Assembly: GCA_030600135.1 (NCBI GenBank)
Contig: JAUVMS010000001.1
Location: forward strand, 1 to 31,231
Source: Hyphomicrobiales bacterium
Lineage (GTDB): Bacteria > Pseudomonadota > Alphaproteobacteria > Rhizobiales > JAUVMS01
Direction: 5' to 3'
Length of the DNA stretch: 31,231 bases
Numbering within the stretch: position 1 is the stretch's first letter; each line of letters begins with the position of its first letter. The position numbers were made by a program, and so were the translations under genes. Shown one piece after another: positions 9,610 to 18,089 of this stretch. The notes below the pieces were generated by a model, which saw only the letters and a program-made list of their open reading frames with translations, ran no database searches and was not told the DNA's origin.

Positions 9610-10071
9610 TTAGTCCCGCCGGGCGACGAAAAAGTTCTGCAACAACTCCCGCGCCCGCCGCTCTTGAAACCCGCTATAGACTTCGGGCGCATGGTGACAC
9701 GTCACCTGGCTGAACACCCGCGCGCCGTGTTCCACACCGCCGCTTTTGGCATCCATCGCGCCATAATAGAGCCGGGCGATGCGCGCAAACGAAATGGCGG
9801 CCGCACACATGGCGCAGGGCTCGAGCGTGACATAGAGCGCGTGATCGACGAGCCGCTCGCTCCCCACGGAGCGACAAGCGTCCCGAATCGCGAGCATTTC
9901 CGCGTGTGCCGTCGGATCGCCAAGCTCTCGAATGCGGTTGCCGGCCCGGGCGATGATTTCGCCGCTTGGTGCAACAATCACCGCCCCCACCGGCACCTCG
10001 TCGCGTTTTGCCGCCGCTTCCGCCTCGGCAAACGCCAAATCCATGTGGTTGCTTGGCGCGATGGGTGTCAT
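9610..10071 (-). CDS. tadA: tRNA adenosine(34) deaminase / nucleoside deaminase
   Basis: Motifs EVPVGAV, DPTAHAEM and YVTLEPCAMC. Only the last 153 aa of the 9610..11079 ORF are real; the start is ATG 10071 (alternative 10044). Confidence 0.92.
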   Translation of the reverse strand: MTPIAPSNHMDLAFAEAEAAAKRDEVPVGAVIVAPSGEIIARAGNRIRELGDPTAHAEMLAIRDACRSVGSERLVDHALYVTLEPCAMCAAAISFARIARLYYGAMDAKSGGVEHGARVFSQVTCHHAPEVYSGFQERRARELLQNFFVARRD

Positions 10072-10104
10072 AACGGCACTCGATTTTGCAGGAGACGGCA
10101 TCAG

Positions 10105-11034
10105 ATGGCCAAGGCGCCCAAAGGTCAAGGCAACCGAAAAGCCCGTGCGGCGCCCGAGGACAGGCCCGATGTGGCCGGGCAACGGATCGCCAAGGTCATC
10201 GCCCGCGCCGGTCTCTGTTCCCGCCGCGATGCCGAGCGCTGGATCGCCGATGGCCGCGTCCACCTCAACGGCCGCTTGCTCACGAGCCCCGCCGTCACCG
10301 TTGCCCCCACCGACACCATTCTCGTCGACCGCAAACCGTTGCCCGAGACCGCGGCCCCGCAGCTTTGGCGCTATCACAAGCCCCGTGGCCGCGTCACCAC
10401 GCACCGCGACCCGCAAGGTCGCCCCACCGTATTCGAGGCGCTGCCCGATTTCCTGCCACGCGTCATCTCCGTCGGACGTCTTGATTTCAACACCGAAGGC
10501 CTGCTGCTGCTGACCACCGACGGCGCCCTTGCCCGCCATCTCGAGTTGCCGGCCACCGGTTGGCTGCGTCGCTATCGGGTCCGCGCCCACGGCATGGTCG
10601 ACCAAAAGGCGCTCGACAAGCTGGAAAAGGGCATCGAGCTCGATGGCATCCGCTATGGCCCTATCGAGGCCCGCCTCGACCGTACCCAAGGCGCCAACAT
10701 CTGGCTCACCATCGGCCTGCGCGAAGGCAAGAACCGCGAGGTAAGGCAGGTGCTCGGCCACCTGGGCCTCGAGGTCAACCGCCTGATCCGCATCTCCTAT
10801 GGACCGTTCCAGTTGGGAGATCTGGACACCGGCGCCATCGAGGAGGTCAAGACCCGCGTGATCGCCGAGCAAATCGGCCCGAAACTCGCCCATGAACTGG
10901 GCCTCGTGGCCGACCGAAAGCAAAAGCGTAAGGCCGCTGCCGACAAGCCAACCTCGCGCAAGCCCACCGCCCGCAAACCAAGTCCGCGCAGACAGTCGGA
11001 CAAATCCGCCCCACGCAAGAAACCCAAGAAATGA
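10105..11034 (+). CDS. rluB: 23S rRNA pseudouridine synthase (S4 domain plus RsuA/RluB-type catalytic domain) with a basic C-terminal tail
   Basis: Motifs RIAKVIARAGLCSRR (S4), YHKPRG, VGRLDFNTEGLLLLT and LREGKNREVR. ATG 10105 follows a GGAG RBS. The exact subfamily is not certain. Confidence 0.88.
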   Translation: MAKAPKGQGNRKARAAPEDRPDVAGQRIAKVIARAGLCSRRDAERWIADGRVHLNGRLLTSPAVTVAPTDTILVDRKPLPETAAPQLWRYHKPRGRVTTHRDPQGRPTVFEALPDFLPRVISVGRLDFNTEGLLLLTTDGALARHLELPATGWLRRYRVRAHGMVDQKALDKLEKGIELDGIRYGPIEARLDRTQGANIWLTIGLREGKNREVRQVLGHLGLEVNRLIRISYGPFQLGDLDTGAIEEVKTRVIAEQIGPKLAHELGLVADRKQKRKAAADKPTSRKPTARKPSPRRQSDKSAPRKKPKK

Positions 11035-11600
11035 GGATCGTCGCCGGCAAATTCCGCGGCACGCCGCTCGCGACCCCAAAGGATCAATCGATCCGTCCCA
11101 CCAGCGACCGCGTACGTGAGGCGCTGTTCAACATTCTTGCCCACGGGCTCCACGACTTCGAACTCGAGGGCGCGCGGGTCCTCGATCTCTTCGCCGGCAC
11201 AGGCACACTCGGCCTCGAAGCGCTGTCGCGTGGCGCGAAATTCTGCCTGTTCGTCGAGCACTCCGCGAGTGCCCGCGCCCTCATCCGCCGCAATGTCGAG
11301 CACTTGGGCGTCGCCGGTATCACCAAGATCTATCGTCGCGACGCCACCAAGATGGGCGGGCCGGGCAGTCTCGCGCCCTTCGATCTCGCCTTTCTCGATC
11401 CCCCCTATGGCGATGGTTATGGCGAGCTGGCCCTCGCCGCCGCGCGTGATCAAGGCTGGCTCTTGGACAACGCCATCTGCGTCCTCGAGGAGAGTGCCGA
11501 TGCCGCTATTGCGATTCCCGGGGGCTTCGAGCCCATGGATCAGCGCACCTACGGCGATACCCAAATCCTTATCCTCAGAAATTTACCGAACATCACTTGA
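11031..11600 (+). CDS. rsmD: 16S rRNA (guanine(966)-N2)-methyltransferase
   Basis: Motifs MRIVAGKFRG, RPTSDRVREALFNIL, LDLFAGTG and FLDPPY. ATGA overlap with the rluB stop. Confidence 0.96.
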   Translation: MRIVAGKFRGTPLATPKDQSIRPTSDRVREALFNILAHGLHDFELEGARVLDLFAGTGTLGLEALSRGAKFCLFVEHSASARALIRRNVEHLGVAGITKIYRRDATKMGGPGSLAPFDLAFLDPPYGDGYGELALAAARDQGWLLDNAICVLEESADAAIAIPGGFEPMDQRTYGDTQILILRNLPNIT

Positions 11601-11605
11601 TATCT

Positions 11606-11633
11606 CTATAAAACTAGAATACTAGTTATATCG
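11606..11633. promoter_or_regulatory. Probable ArsR operator (imperfect inverted repeat)
   Basis: CTATAAAACTAG-AATA-CTAGTTATATCG has 12-bp arms with 2 mismatches and a perfect AACTAG/CTAGTT core. It is AT-rich and ends 3 nt before the arsR ATG. Confidence 0.65.
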
Positions 11634-11635
11634 TT

Positions 11636-11992
11636 ATGGATGAAATTGAACGCGAAACCAAAGTTGCCTCGATGCTGGCCGCGCTCGGCAATGAAACCCG
11701 GCTCAGCCTCTTTCGCCAGCTGGTGCGCGCCGGCGATGACGGCATGAGCGTTGGCGCCATCCGCAAGCGCCTCGCCGTTCCGGCCTCCACCCTGCAGCAC
11801 CATTTGTCGGCACTCGTGCACGCCGGCCTGGTGCACCAGACACGTGCCGGGCGAGAGATCCGCTCGGTGGTCGATTATCGAGCTGTCGACGGTCTCATTG
11901 CCTATCTGACCGAGGAATGCTGCGCCGACGCCGCCAGGCCCGGCCCGCACGCCACGCACGCGCTGCGAAAAATTGGAGAGACAGTGGGATGA
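11636..11992 (+). CDS. arsR: ArsR/SmtB family repressor with C-terminal vicinal Cys pair
   Basis: Motifs LAALGNETRLSLFRQLVRAG, HTH PASTLQHHLSALVHAGLV and YLTEECC. It is coupled (ATGA) to a DUF318 permease. Confidence 0.88.
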   Translation: MDEIERETKVASMLAALGNETRLSLFRQLVRAGDDGMSVGAIRKRLAVPASTLQHHLSALVHAGLVHQTRAGREIRSVVDYRAVDGLIAYLTEECCADAARPGPHATHALRKIGETVG

Positions 11993-13026
11993 CTGCGCTC
12001 GTTGAGACACTCAAGGGCCTGCCCAATCTCAAGCTCGATCGCGCCTGGCTCGCGGTCGCCATCATTCTGGCGCTCATCGCTCTGCTCGATCCCGGGCAAT
12101 TCGTCCCCTCGATCCAATTCACCCTGCAGCAACTGTTGAGCACAGCGCCATTCATGGCCTTTGCCGTGCTCTCCATTGCCTATCTGAAGGCGAGCGGCGC
12201 CGCGACTGTCATCGCCCGTGCCTTCGAGGGCCGCGAAACCCGCATGATCGTCATGGCCGCGCTCTTTGGTGGCTTGGCGCCGTTCTGCTCGTGCGAGGTC
12301 GTTCCCTTTATCGCCGGACTGCTGGCCCTCGGCACGCCGTTGTCCGCCGTCATGGCATTTTGGCTCGCCTCACCGCTGATCGACCCGCCGTCGCTTTTGA
12401 TCACCGCCGGCGCGCTCGGCTGGCAGTTCGCCATCGCCAAGACCATCGCCGCCGTTGGCATGGGGCTCATGGGCGGCTTTGCCATCAAGGTGGCCATTAC
12501 CGCGGGCTGGTTCACCAATCCCCTGCGCCCGCGTGAGGCTGACGGGTGCTGCGGTTGTGGCCCATCGCCCTTTTCCGGCAAGCCCCATTGGACGTTCTGG
12601 GACGATCCTGCCCGCCGCGAGCTGTTTTGGAGCGAGGGGCTCTATAACGCCCACTTCCTACTCAAGTGGTTGACGCTCGCCTATATGCTCGAGGGCCTGA
12701 TGATCCACTATATCCCGGCCGAGACCATCGCCGGTCTGGTTGGCGGCACGGGCCTCTTTCCCATCGTGCTGAGCGCGCTGGTGGGCGCCCCCGCCTACCT
12801 CAACTCCTACGCCGCGCCGCCGCTCGTTGCCGGCCTCATGGAGCAAGGCATGAGCGCGGGCGCCGGCATGGCCTTCATGGTGGCGGGTGCCGTCAGCTGC
12901 ATCCCCGCCATGACAGCGGTCTTCGCGCTGGTCAAACGCCAGGTGTTTTTCTCCTACGTCGCCCTCGGCTTCCTCGGCGCCGTGACCTCAGGCGTGCTCT
13001 TCCAGCTTTGGCTGAGTCTGGGGTGA
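11989..13026 (+). CDS. DUF318/ArsP-like permease
   Basis: A multi-TM protein with APFCSCEVVP, AFWLASPLIDP, a central GCCGCG loop and a second half with VGAPAY and GMAFMVAGAVSC. The start is ATG 11989. Confidence 0.85.
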   Translation: MTALVETLKGLPNLKLDRAWLAVAIILALIALLDPGQFVPSIQFTLQQLLSTAPFMAFAVLSIAYLKASGAATVIARAFEGRETRMIVMAALFGGLAPFCSCEVVPFIAGLLALGTPLSAVMAFWLASPLIDPPSLLITAGALGWQFAIAKTIAAVGMGLMGGFAIKVAITAGWFTNPLRPREADGCCGCGPSPFSGKPHWTFWDDPARRELFWSEGLYNAHFLLKWLTLAYMLEGLMIHYIPAETIAGLVGGTGLFPIVLSALVGAPAYLNSYAAPPLVAGLMEQGMSAGAGMAFMVAGAVSCIPAMTAVFALVKRQVFFSYVALGFLGAVTSGVLFQLWLSLG

Positions 13027-13055
13027 GGGGGGGAAATTGCTCTTTTGTGAGATAT

Positions 13056-14120
13056 CTACCGTCCCTGAATCGCCGGTAGCACATGATCAACGATCACCTT
13101 GTACGGCACCTTCCAGGCGTCCGGCTGATTGTAGTTGCCGGCAAAGACCACGACCACCAACTGGCTGACTTGGCTCACGCTGAGCCTCTGTCCGCCATTG
13201 CCGAAGCCGGCGACCCATGTGGGCGGCGAGCCTTCGGGCCCGAGCCACCAGAATAGGCCATAGCGAAGACCAGAGACGGCACTGGTCTGCGGCGTAAACG
13301 AGGCACTTAGCCATTCCTCGGGTACGACCTGCCGGCCCTGCCAACGCCCGCCATCGAGAATCATTGTACCAATCTTGGCCAGGTCTCCGATCCTGAGGCG
13401 TAAGCCCGATGCCGCGGACGGTTCGCCGTCACGTCCCTTCACCCACTCGAACTCGTCGATGCCGAGGGGGGAAAAAATCTTCTCTTTGGCGAAAACGTCA
13501 ATGGGTTTGCCCGTTCCCTTGGCAATGAGACGAGCGATAATGGCCGTGGCGCCGCCGTTGTAATCCCACTTTTCCCCAGGCTCCCTTACGAATCGATAGC
13601 GATCCCGCGCCATCTCCATGGCAATCTCACTATTGCGCGGATCAGTATAGGGCAAATCCTCGTTCCAGTCCGTGCCCATGGTCATGGTGAGCGCATGGCG
13701 CACCAGAATGGCTTGGCGCGCCTCGTCGCCCGCCAAATCCGGGTATTCCGGGAACTGCGCAACGACGCTCTCGTTGAGCTCCGGCACCAGCCCCTCGGCA
13801 AGGGCGATACCATAGAGCAGGCCGGTAACGCTCTTGGTGACGGAGCGCAGGTCATGCAAGCTTTGCGGGCGATGCTGAACCCGTCCGAGATAGCGGCCCC
13901 TACGCTCGTCCCCGCCTGCAAAATATTTCTCCGCGAGAACCTCCCCGCGGTGTATGACGAGCACACTGTGCAACCCCGCCAGCTCACCCGCCTCGACGGC
14001 TTTTGCAAGTTTTTCTTCCAGTTCGTTCGCCATGGTCACGCTCTGAGTTGCAATGAACACAACAAAGGCAATCAGGAAGCACCACCAGAAGTCTCCCGCC
14101 CGTGCTCTGGAACGCTGCAT
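13056..14120 (-). CDS. Serine hydrolase, beta-lactamase/class C-like family, exported
   Basis: It has the SxxK motif (LRSVTKS), the YxN motif (WDYNG) and LGIDEFEW, with a hydrophobic signal-like N-terminus from ATG 14120. The ORF track starts at 14156. Confidence 0.88.
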   Translation of the reverse strand: MQRSRARAGDFWWCFLIAFVVFIATQSVTMANELEEKLAKAVEAGELAGLHSVLVIHRGEVLAEKYFAGGDERRGRYLGRVQHRPQSLHDLRSVTKSVTGLLYGIALAEGLVPELNESVVAQFPEYPDLAGDEARQAILVRHALTMTMGTDWNEDLPYTDPRNSEIAMEMARDRYRFVREPGEKWDYNGGATAIIARLIAKGTGKPIDVFAKEKIFSPLGIDEFEWVKGRDGEPSAASGLRLRIGDLAKIGTMILDGGRWQGRQVVPEEWLSASFTPQTSAVSGLRYGLFWWLGPEGSPPTWVAGFGNGGQRLSVSQVSQLVVVVFAGNYNQPDAWKVPYKVIVDHVLPAIQGR

Positions 14121-14252
14121 TGATTTGATCCCGTAGATAGCGACCGACAACTTCATGTGCCGTAGAGCCAGTTGGTGTCAGCGTAACCCATCCAGTCCGC
14201 ACGCCCTAAGTGTATTCTGCACAAGATCTTGCATTAAATGCCTCTCGTCCCA

Positions 14253-14576
14253 CTACCGCTTATTCTCCTCCCGCTTCCGCCAGAAATCGAGGTGTTCGCG
14301 CTGCAGGGCGCGGGCGCAATCGCCGCCGCAGCTGATCCAGGTGCCGCCCGGCAGTTCGACCTCCTCACCCTCGACGGTGCCTTGGCGCACACGCCTGGTC
14401 CGCGCCGTCATGGCCGCGCCGCCCTGGGCGCTCGCCGCACGCACCTTGCCGTATCCGAGCACCTCCTTCGGCGCCGTCAAGCTGTTCCAGGAGTAGTGCG
14501 CGGCCAGCGTTCCGAGACCGCCGACGAAGGCGGCAAGGAATGTACGAATCAAATAGCGGCGCAGCCGGTCGCCCAT
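14253..14576 (-). CDS. Hypothetical exported or membrane-anchored small protein
   Basis: ATG 14576 follows GGGGGAAG. It has a basic N-terminus, a hydrophobic segment (FLAAFVGGLGTLAA) and a C-terminal LPGGTWISCGGDC..L.RE.LDFW pattern, with GC3-rich codons. Confidence 0.7.
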   Translation of the reverse strand: MGDRLRRYLIRTFLAAFVGGLGTLAAHYSWNSLTAPKEVLGYGKVRAASAQGGAAMTARTRRVRQGTVEGEEVELPGGTWISCGGDCARALQREHLDFWRKREENKR

Positions 14577-14711
14577 GACGCTTCCCCCATTCCCGATTGC
14601 ATAGGTCCTTTGGGCGCGATCCAACGTTCGATTCGGCACGCGACCACAGCCATTCCCCGATGCACAGAGGTCGTACATCGCTCAGGCTACTGATGGCAAT
14701 CTCGCGGTGGG

Positions 14712-16514
14712 TTAGCGCCGCCCGAACAGCCGCTCGATGTCGGCGAGCTGCAACTCCACATAGGTCGGCCGGCCATGGTTGCATTGCCCGGAATGGGGCG
14801 TTGCCTCCATCTCGCGCAACAGCGCGTTCATCTCCGGCCCCGTCAGCCGTCGCCCGGAGCGCACACTGCCATGGCACGCCATGGTGGCGCAGACATATTC
14901 GAGCCGGTCCTTGAGCGCCGTCGCTTCGCTGCCCTCGCGCAGCTGGTCGGCCAAATCGCGCACCAGGCCCTGCACATCCATCTCGCCCAGCATCGCCGGC
15001 GTCTCGCGCACCACAACCGCCTCGGGGCCGAAGCGCTCCAGGACCACGCCCAGCTCAGCCAAATCTCCGGCCTTGGCCTCGAGCCGCGCCGCGTCGTCGC
15101 CGTCGAGCTCCACCACCTCGGGGATCAACAGCCCCTGGCGAATGACGCCGCCATCGCCCAGCGCCTGCTTCATGCGCTCATAGACCAGACGCTCATGGGC
15201 GGCGTGCTGATCGACAATGACGATCGAATTGCGGGTTTGCGAAACGATGTAATTTTCGTGCACCTGCGCCCGCGCTGCCCCGAGCGGCTGGTCGAGCGCC
15301 TCCTCGGGCACCGACGCGACATTGGGAGCGGTATCCCCGCTCGCCGCGCTCATGCCAGCAAGCGGCGCCTGCGCCTCCTCACTGAAACCACCGGCCGAGG
15401 TGGGTGCACCCTGCGTCTGCCCAGGCCATTGTGGACGATAGGGCTGGCCCCCGCCCGGCACACCTGGCCTCGAAGCGAACGCTGCCAGCGTCGCCGCGCC
15501 ACCGGCCGCGGCGGCCGAGTGCCCCGCTTGACGCAGTGCTTCCTGTAACGCCCCGACCATGAGACCGCGCACCAGCCCGGCGTTGCGAAAGCGCACCTCG
15601 GCCTTGGCCGGATGAACATTGACATCCACCGCCTCCGGCGCCAGGTCGACGAAGAGCGCCACCATGGCAAAGCGCCCCCTGGGCACGAGATCGCCGTAAG
15701 CACCACGCAGGGCACCCGCCAACAAGCGGTCCTTCACCGGCCGGCCGTTGACGAATAGAAACTGCCAACCCGGGTTGGCGCGATTGAGGGTCGGCAATCC
15801 GGCAAAGCCCGCCAGCCGCACGCCGTCGCGTTCAGCCGCAATCGCCAAGGCATCGGTGACGAATTCGCGGCCCATGATCCGGCCGAGCCGGTCTGCGAGG
15901 CCATCGACGCCAGCATCGACCGCCGGCAGCCTGAGACCGACGCGTTCGCCCGTCGTCAACGTGAACGCGATGCGCGGTTGGGCCATGGCCAGTCGTTTGA
16001 CCACGTCGGCAATCGCCGAATTCTCGGCCCGTTCCGATTTGAGGAACTTAAGCCGCGCCGGCGTCGCGGAAAACAGGTCCTGTACTTCGACCGATGTGCC
16101 GACGTTGAGCGCCGCCGGCCGCACATTGCTCTTATCGCCGCGCTCAACCTTGATCTCGACCCCCTGCCCGCTAGGCTGACGGCTGCGGATCACCAACCGC
16201 GCAATGGCCCCAATCGAGGGCAATGCCTCGCCGCGAAAGCCGAGCGTAGAGATGTTGAGCAAGTTTTCATCGTCGAGCTTGGAGGTGGCGTGCCGCTCCA
16301 CAGCGAGCGCCAGATCATCGGCCGACATGCCCCGCCCGTCGTCGATCACACGAATGAGCGAAACCCCCGCCCCGGACGTGACCACCTCGATGCGCCGAGC
16401 GCCAGCGTCAATGGCGTTTTCCACCAATTCCTTGACGACGCTTGCCGGCCGCTCGACGACCTCGCCGGCGGCAATCCGGTTGATGGTCTGCGATGAAAGC
16501 TGACGTATGGCCAA
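14712..16514 (-). CDS. mutL: DNA mismatch repair endonuclease MutL
   Basis: Motifs [40 protein letters not shown], endonuclease [12 protein letters not shown], clamp-binding QGLLIP, ACHGS and CNHGRPT. TTG start with an AAGGAGG RBS. Confidence 0.98.
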   Translation of the reverse strand: MAIRQLSSQTINRIAAGEVVERPASVVKELVENAIDAGARRIEVVTSGAGVSLIRVIDDGRGMSADDLALAVERHATSKLDDENLLNISTLGFRGEALPSIGAIARLVIRSRQPSGQGVEIKVERGDKSNVRPAALNVGTSVEVQDLFSATPARLKFLKSERAENSAIADVVKRLAMAQPRIAFTLTTGERVGLRLPAVDAGVDGLADRLGRIMGREFVTDALAIAAERDGVRLAGFAGLPTLNRANPGWQFLFVNGRPVKDRLLAGALRGAYGDLVPRGRFAMVALFVDLAPEAVDVNVHPAKAEVRFRNAGLVRGLMVGALQEALRQAGHSAAAAGGAATLAAFASRPGVPGGGQPYRPQWPGQTQGAPTSAGGFSEEAQAPLAGMSAASGDTAPNVASVPEEALDQPLGAARAQVHENYIVSQTRNSIVIVDQHAAHERLVYERMKQALGDGGVIRQGLLIPEVVELDGDDAARLEAKAGDLAELGVVLERFGPEAVVVRETPAMLGEMDVQGLVRDLADQLREGSEATALKDRLEYVCATMACHGSVRSGRRLTGPEMNALLREMEATPHSGQCNHGRPTYVELQLADIERLFGRR

Positions 16515-16550
16515 GTGCGCCTCCTTGGGAGGAACGGGCCGGCGGCTGGT

Positions 16551-17906
16551 TCAGGCGCCTTTTTCCAAGCGCGCGCGCGCAAGCCGCTTGCCCGTCTCGA
16601 CGGCCGGTTGATCAAACGGATCAATCCCCAACAAACCGGCGGCGAGAATCGTTTCAGTCATGAAATGCATCATGAGCGCCCCCATCGTCTGCTCGTCAAG
16701 CGTCTCGATGTCGATTGTTCTGACCGGCCTGCCGGCGCCAATTAGCGCCTCGGGCACGGCGCGAGCCTGGGCATGGGTTAGTTCGCCGATGTTTCGCCCG
16801 GCCAAATAATCAAGTCCCGCAAGCTTGGCGAGTTCCGGTGACAGCTCAGGCCCATCGGCCGGTGCCACGGTGCGCAAAAAGGTCAACAGATGGTCTCGCG
16901 GACCATCCATGTAGAGTTGCAGCTGACTGTGTTGATCGACCGGTCCGAGAGCCGCCACCGGCGTGAACCCGGCGCCACCCTTGCCGAGGCTCTCGGCCCA
17001 AAGCTGGGCGTACCAATGGGCAAATCGGCCGAGGCGATCACTGTAGGGCATCATCACGGAAACCCGGTTGCCACGATGCCTGGCAAGCCCGACGGCCACG
17101 GCGGCACCAAGCCCGGGTGCGAACGCCAGCGGATCGTCGCACTGGCGCATCGCCTCGACGACGGCACGCGCGCCCGCGCGAACAGCAAAGGGATCGAGCC
17201 CTTGCGCCATCGCCGGCAACAGTCCCACGTTGGTCAATGCCGAGAACCGCCCTCCGATGCCGGTGTGATGCTCCAGTATGGGGACATCGTGCGCCTCCAT
17301 CAGGGCTCTGAGGCCGTTCTGGCGACCATCCACGCCAGGCTCGGTCACCGCCAGGAACATGCGCGAAACGTGCGCGCCAAGCCCTGCGGCTTTGACGGCA
17401 TCGAGCGCCGCGATGGCCTGTGCCAGCGTCTCAGGCGTGTTGCCCGACTTGGAAATGACGACGAATCGGGTTCGTGTGAGATCAAGAAGGGCGAGCGCTC
17501 GTGCCAGCGTGCGGGCGTCGAAATTGTCATAAAAGCGTGTCCGCGGACGTTTGAGCTGGCCGGTCGTCATTTCGCCAGGAATGTTCCAGCCACCGAGCTG
17601 GGCCAGCGTCTGGCCACCGAGGCTCGAACCACCTGTGCCAAAAAACACGATGGTACCTGCGCAATCACTGAGCTGCTCGAGCGCCGCGGCCGCGTCATCG
17701 ATGTCGCTCGTCGCCTCGGGCACGCGCAGCAGTGCCAGGCTACCAGCGTCCAGCGCCTGCTTTAGGTCTGACCAGGGTAATTGCAGCTCCTTGCCCAACG
17801 CGTCGAGCTGATCGCTGCCCAGCCCGTGCTCACCGATCGCATCGGACATGCAACCAGCCACGCTCTGATGGTACCCGAGCCCAAAATCACCTGACCCCTC
17901 TGGCAT
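16551..17906 (-). CDS. pgi: Glucose-6-phosphate isomerase (short, ~450-aa type)
   Basis: Motifs GTGGSSLGG, VISKSGNTPET, GGRFS, QLWAESLGK, DQHSQLQLY and PFDQPAVETGK. ATG 17906 has a GGGAGG RBS; a later start is possible. Confidence 0.93.
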   Translation of the reverse strand: MPEGSGDFGLGYHQSVAGCMSDAIGEHGLGSDQLDALGKELQLPWSDLKQALDAGSLALLRVPEATSDIDDAAAALEQLSDCAGTIVFFGTGGSSLGGQTLAQLGGWNIPGEMTTGQLKRPRTRFYDNFDARTLARALALLDLTRTRFVVISKSGNTPETLAQAIAALDAVKAAGLGAHVSRMFLAVTEPGVDGRQNGLRALMEAHDVPILEHHTGIGGRFSALTNVGLLPAMAQGLDPFAVRAGARAVVEAMRQCDDPLAFAPGLGAAVAVGLARHRGNRVSVMMPYSDRLGRFAHWYAQLWAESLGKGGAGFTPVAALGPVDQHSQLQLYMDGPRDHLLTFLRTVAPADGPELSPELAKLAGLDYLAGRNIGELTHAQARAVPEALIGAGRPVRTIDIETLDEQTMGALMMHFMTETILAAGLLGIDPFDQPAVETGKRLARARLEKGA

Positions 17907-18031
17907 TCTCGGCGCCTCCCAAGCCCCATCAGGGCCGAAAAATCAATGGCCCGACCGCATGCTGGTGAGAAATACAGGTTAGCAGTCGGCAAACAACAAA
18001 TCATAGCTGAGGCATTGAAACCTTAATTTCA

Positions 18032-18045
18032 TTGAGACAAATCAA
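18032..18045. promoter_or_regulatory. FNR/FixK-like box (1 mismatch) upstream of pgi
   Basis: TTGAG-ACAA-ATCAA compared with the consensus TTGAT-N4-ATCAA, inside an AT-rich spacer. Confidence 0.4.
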
Positions 18046-18089
18046 TGTTTCAGGCATTTTATTTCAAACAACTATTTCGGTTATCTACC

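Noticed and set aside
10915-11034. Repetitive Lys/Arg-rich tail of the pseudouridine synthase (KPTSRKPTARKPSPR)
   Set aside because: Basic low-complexity tails are ordinary on alphaproteobacterial RluB-type proteins.
10072-11079. Long N-terminal extension of tadA (489-aa ORF) and the 9598 start of rluB
   Set aside because: These are antisense shadows of two divergent GC-rich genes. The true starts at 10071 and 10105 match family N-termini, and 10105 has an RBS.
13056-14120. Antibiotic-resistance beta-lactamase
   Set aside because: SxxK and YxN place it only in the broad serine-hydrolase family. It has no KTG motif or mobile context, and looks like a generic esterase/amidase.
11601-14700. 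Mobile genomic island around arsR-permease-hydrolase
   Set aside because: There is no integrase, transposase, tRNA or flanking direct repeat, and the composition looks similar to the core genes. These are accessory genes, but no mobility evidence is visible.
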